Shown here piece after piece: positions 17,827 through 20,615 of a stretch of 20,615 nt of DNA. The notes beneath the pieces were generated by a model. The model had not been told where the DNA came from, did no database searches, and saw only the letters and a list, made by a program, of their open reading frames with translations. How positions within the stretch are numbered: position 1 is the first letter of the stretch; each line of letters starts with the position of its first letter. The position numbers were made by a program, and so were the translations under genes. The stretch comes from Phycisphaerales bacterium. Lineage in GTDB: Bacteria; Planctomycetota; Phycisphaerae; WQYP01. The stretch spans positions 1-20,615 of the forward strand of contig DAIDJN010000055.1 of NCBI GenBank assembly GCA_027451365.1, in the 5' to 3' direction.

Positions 17827-20094
17827 TCAGTCGCGTGTTGCCTCCAGTGTCGGGCGCTCCGCCGACCGATTTACACGGTTATCGGCCCTTTCCGGGCAGA
17901 ATATATTTTGCCAGAAGAATTCAAACATGAATCCGATATGGAGGTTATCAAAACGCCTGCCCGCGAGGCGGATATCCGGCAACTGGGATATTTCGTAGAG
18001 TTTCCGGTAATAGCTTATCGGGTTCCGCCTGATAAGCCCGCGGCTGACGGCGAATTGCGCGCCCCATGTGAAGCTGAACCTCTGAATATCCGCCGGCCGC
18101 TCCAGCAGTTCCAGGAATTCGGCTTTGACAGATCCATCAACCGTCTGGTCTGGCCAGCCCCAATTGACCAGTTGGGCCATACTGTGGTGCATATTCGGCA
18201 TGAATTGAAACTGGTCTTCCGAGAATGCAAAATCCGCGACCGGCAGCAGCCGGTGGAAGAACGGGTCACCTTGCACAAAGAGTGTCCTTTCGGCAAGGGA
18301 GTCGTAGCGGCTCACGATGTGGTGGAGATAGGTGCCATATTCGCGACCGACGTTGGGTAATGGAATAAACCGCCGGTCGTCGGGATCCTTACAATAGATC
18401 GTGACGTTATTCGGATAGCATTGCGTCCAGGCGACATCCTCCTTGTATTTGGCGACCACAATTTCAAAGTTTTCGCGGGACCGGGGCAAGCGTCGTTGCG
18501 GTCTCAGGCGAGCTTGGCCGCGCCAGGCGGCGTCACATCGGCCGGGCAACTGGCGAAGGCGAGCCACCTGGCGGCGGAATCGCTGGGTGGATAGCGCGCC
18601 GAAATTGGCGGTTACATAATCCTCTTCGGACCTGTTCCAGGTAATTCCGCCGCAAAGGATCGTGCCGGGGAGCCTCGCCAAGGGGACCCAGCTTCGCGCA
18701 TGCAGGTTTGCATGGTCGGTGAAAATCCGTCCGTCGGCGTGCAGGATCAGGTTATTTGCCAGCAGGCGGCCGTCGGGGGTGACAAGGCAGAAGTTGGCAC
18801 ACCCGGCTGATTCGGACTGGGCGATGCTGGTATTCGGGGCGGTCACGGCGGTGATGGTCTGGTCCACGGTGTTTTCTCCGTAATGGTTTAATTCTTGCCG
18901 GCGGTTTTGATTCAAGCTCGCGCCGGGCCGCCAACCTATGGCTGTCAGGTCGGCGCGAGCTTCCGGCGGGATGTTTTTCCGCTCTCCCGATTCGCGTTGC
19001 GCCTTGGCCAGTGCCGACCCGATGACCTGATCCATGTCATAATATTTGTAATCACCAAGGCGACCGCCGAATATGACCTTGGCGGGCGTCATGCGTCGAT
19101 ATTCAGCCAGGCGAGCCTCGTTGGCGGCTGAATTGATCGGATAATAGGGTTCCGCGTTCATTGACCAGGCCTGTGGGAACTCACGGGTGATCACCGTGTG
19201 GCCGCGCTGTCGCGAGGTGATGGCCTGAAAATGTTTGAATTCGGTGATGCGGGTGAACGGTACGCCCGCATCGCAATAATTGACGATGGCTCCGCCCTGA
19301 AAGTCTTCGATGGGCAGGTCCGCCGTCTGGAAACGCAGGCTTCGCCAGTCCAGCGGTCCATGGCGGTAATCAAAATAGCGGTCGATCATGCCGGTGTAGA
19401 CAATTTTGGATGAGCAACTTTCCAGTGCCCGTCGGTCCGCGAAAAAATCCGTATCCAGCCGCAGGTCAACGCCTTCCAGCAGTTTTTCAAATATGGGGGT
19501 GTAGCCGCCGATCGGTATTCCCTGGAAGGTGTCTTCATAATAGTCGTCATTAAAATTGAGTCGAACGGGCAGTCGTTGCAGAATGGATGCGGGTAAATCG
19601 CGTGGGCTTCTTCCCCATTGCTTGGTGGTATAGCCGCGGATAAACAGTTCGTAGATTTGCTGGCCAAGCCGGGAGAGTGCCCATTCTTCGAGATTGGCCG
19701 GTTCGGGAATGTTCTCCCGCACTGAATCCAGTTTTTCGCGCGCTTCCTGTGGTGTGGTGACACCCCACAACTGGTGCAGCGTCGCCAGGTTGATGGGCAG
19801 CGAATAAAGGCCGCCATCACCCCGGGGGCCGCAGCGGGCCTTGACCTTGTGGCGATAGGGGTAAAAGGAAGCGAATTTCTGAATATAATTCCAGATGCGC
19901 TGGCTGTTGGTATGGAAGATATGCGGACCGTAACGGTGGACATCTATTCCGCCGAGGGTTTGGGTGAAGCAGTTACCGCCGCTATGGGCGCGCTTATCAA
20001 TGACCAGACATTTGCGGCCCTCATCGGTCAACTGGCGCGCGAAGACCGCTCCGAAAAGGCCTGATCCCACGATAAGGTAATCGTATTGCGGCAT
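17827..20094 (-). CDS. glf: UDP-galactopyranose mutase (aa 1 to ~365) fused in frame to a C-terminal DUF3431-like domain (755 aa)
   Basis: IVGSGLFG, GGNC, HRYGPHIFHT, YTTKQWG, TRITEFKHF, EPYYP, GRLGDYKYYDMDQ = Glf. IVVAKYKEDVAW...IYCK...LPNVGREYGTYLHHIVSRYDSL...FVQGDP...GAQFAVSR = DUF3431-like. GGAG before ATG 20094. Confidence 0.9.
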   Translation of the reverse strand: MPQYDYLIVGSGLFGAVFARQLTDEGRKCLVIDKRAHSGGNCFTQTLGGIDVHRYGPHIFHTNSQRIWNYIQKFASFYPYRHKVKARCGPRGDGGLYSLPINLATLHQLWGVTTPQEAREKLDSVRENIPEPANLEEWALSRLGQQIYELFIRGYTTKQWGRSPRDLPASILQRLPVRLNFNDDYYEDTFQGIPIGGYTPIFEKLLEGVDLRLDTDFFADRRALESCSSKIVYTGMIDRYFDYRHGPLDWRSLRFQTADLPIEDFQGGAIVNYCDAGVPFTRITEFKHFQAITSRQRGHTVITREFPQAWSMNAEPYYPINSAANEARLAEYRRMTPAKVIFGGRLGDYKYYDMDQVIGSALAKAQRESGERKNIPPEARADLTAIGWRPGASLNQNRRQELNHYGENTVDQTITAVTAPNTSIAQSESAGCANFCLVTPDGRLLANNLILHADGRIFTDHANLHARSWVPLARLPGTILCGGITWNRSEEDYVTANFGALSTQRFRRQVARLRQLPGRCDAAWRGQARLRPQRRLPRSRENFEIVVAKYKEDVAWTQCYPNNVTIYCKDPDDRRFIPLPNVGREYGTYLHHIVSRYDSLAERTLFVQGDPFFHRLLPVADFAFSEDQFQFMPNMHHSMAQLVNWGWPDQTVDGSVKAEFLELLERPADIQRFSFTWGAQFAVSRGLIRRNPISYYRKLYEISQLPDIRLAGRRFDNLHIGFMFEFFWQNIFCPERADNRVNRSAERPTLEATRD
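18914..18962. repeat. 12-bp perfect inverted repeat inside the glf-DUF3431 linker
   Basis: AAGCTCGCGCCG-N25-CGGCGCGAGCTT, with extra ACCT/AGGT pairing possible in the loop. Confidence 0.75.
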
Positions 20095-20253
20095 GGGGTT
20101 CTCCGGCCAATGGTCCGAGAGTCGGGCTGAACGTTGGGCAATTCCGGTATTTTGCTACTTTTTTTCGACAGGGGGGAATGTAACTTAGTCGCCGTGAAAA
20201 AGCCAACGTGTTGCGCGGATTTTGCTGGAAAATAATATTTTTCTTTTTTTTTC

Positions 20254-20282
20254 TTGACAGGTTTTCCGGTCGCTGGTAGATT
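20254..20282 (+). promoter_or_regulatory. Near-consensus sigma70 promoter, divergent from glf
   Basis: TTGACA-N17-TAGATT with TG at -15/-14 and an upstream A/T tract (about 20229-20252) resembling an UP element. Confidence 0.7.
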
Positions 20283-20402
20283 TAGACTCAAGGTTAATGA
20301 CAGAGGAAAAATCGTCGGCGTTTCGCGGGGGCGTTTCAGGTCTCCGGGCTGTGAACGGGGCTTTCTAAAGGGTCCACACTTTTCCACTGCGATTAGCCGC
20401 GT

Positions 20403-20615
20403 ATGGTGGTAACGATGGCGATGAAGTTGCACAACGCCCACGACCGCAATCCGGATTGCACTCCAGATCGCACTCGCAATTGCACGCCGGGCCACAACCC
20501 GGATCGCAATCCGGGCTACGCACCGACTCGCGACCACCACGCGACGGCAACCAGCTTGACACGGGAAGCCATTCCGTGCCCGGCTGATTATGCGCAAATC
20601 GGGGGGGGGGGGGCG
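20403..20615 (+). CDS. Possible 5' part of a gene running off the window (MVVTMAMKLHNAHDRNPDCTPDRTRNCTPGHNPDRNPGYAPTR...IGGGGA)
   Basis: Open frame from ATG 20403/20415/20421 to the window end, downstream of the strong promoter; no recognisable domain or clear RBS. Confidence 0.3.
   Translation, partial: MVVTMAMKLHNAHDRNPDCTPDRTRNCTPGHNPDRNPGYAPTRDHHATATSLTREAIPCPADYAQIGGGGA
20446..20529. repeat. Degenerate 12-nt tandem repeat (about 7 units, consensus near GCAATCCGGATC)
   Basis: gcaatccggatt gcactccagatc gcactcgcaatt gcacgccgggcc acaacccggatc gcaatccgggct acgcaccgactc. Confidence 0.65.
20601..20613 (+). repeat. G13 homopolymer at the window edge
   Basis: 13 consecutive G. Confidence 0.9.

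Noticed and set aside
20446..20529. Repeat array as a possible CRISPR
   Set aside because: Units are 12 nt, contiguous and degenerate, with no spacers or cas genes.

Overview
GC-rich bacterial chromosomal segment, probably from a planctomycete (Phycisphaerae-like; inferred from the protein repertoire, not from a search). The left part carries minus-strand genes: tag, kdsD, kdsC, a ~1030-aa LptC/LptA(OstA)-like protein in the usual lptC-lptA position, and a radical SAM/SPASM-Twitch enzyme. The middle holds a coupled BNR/Asp-box beta-propeller + MoaD/ThiS ubiquitin-fold pair whose C-terminal Gly-Gly lies one base out of frame, a PEP-CTERM protein, hisI, a DUF2617-like gene, a ~400-nt hairpin-rich intergenic stretch with its own promoter candidate, a gamma-carbonic anhydrase family gene, a BtuFCD/FecCDE-type ABC importer and a cupin. 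The right part holds a small CxxC membrane protein and UDP-galactopyranose mutase (glf) fused in frame to a DUF3431-like domain across what looks like a former intergenic region. A near-consensus sigma70 promoter then leads into a degenerate 12-nt repeat array and a G13 tract at the window edge. No rRNA, tRNA, CRISPR array, transposase or integrase was recognised. All family calls come from motif recognition by eye.
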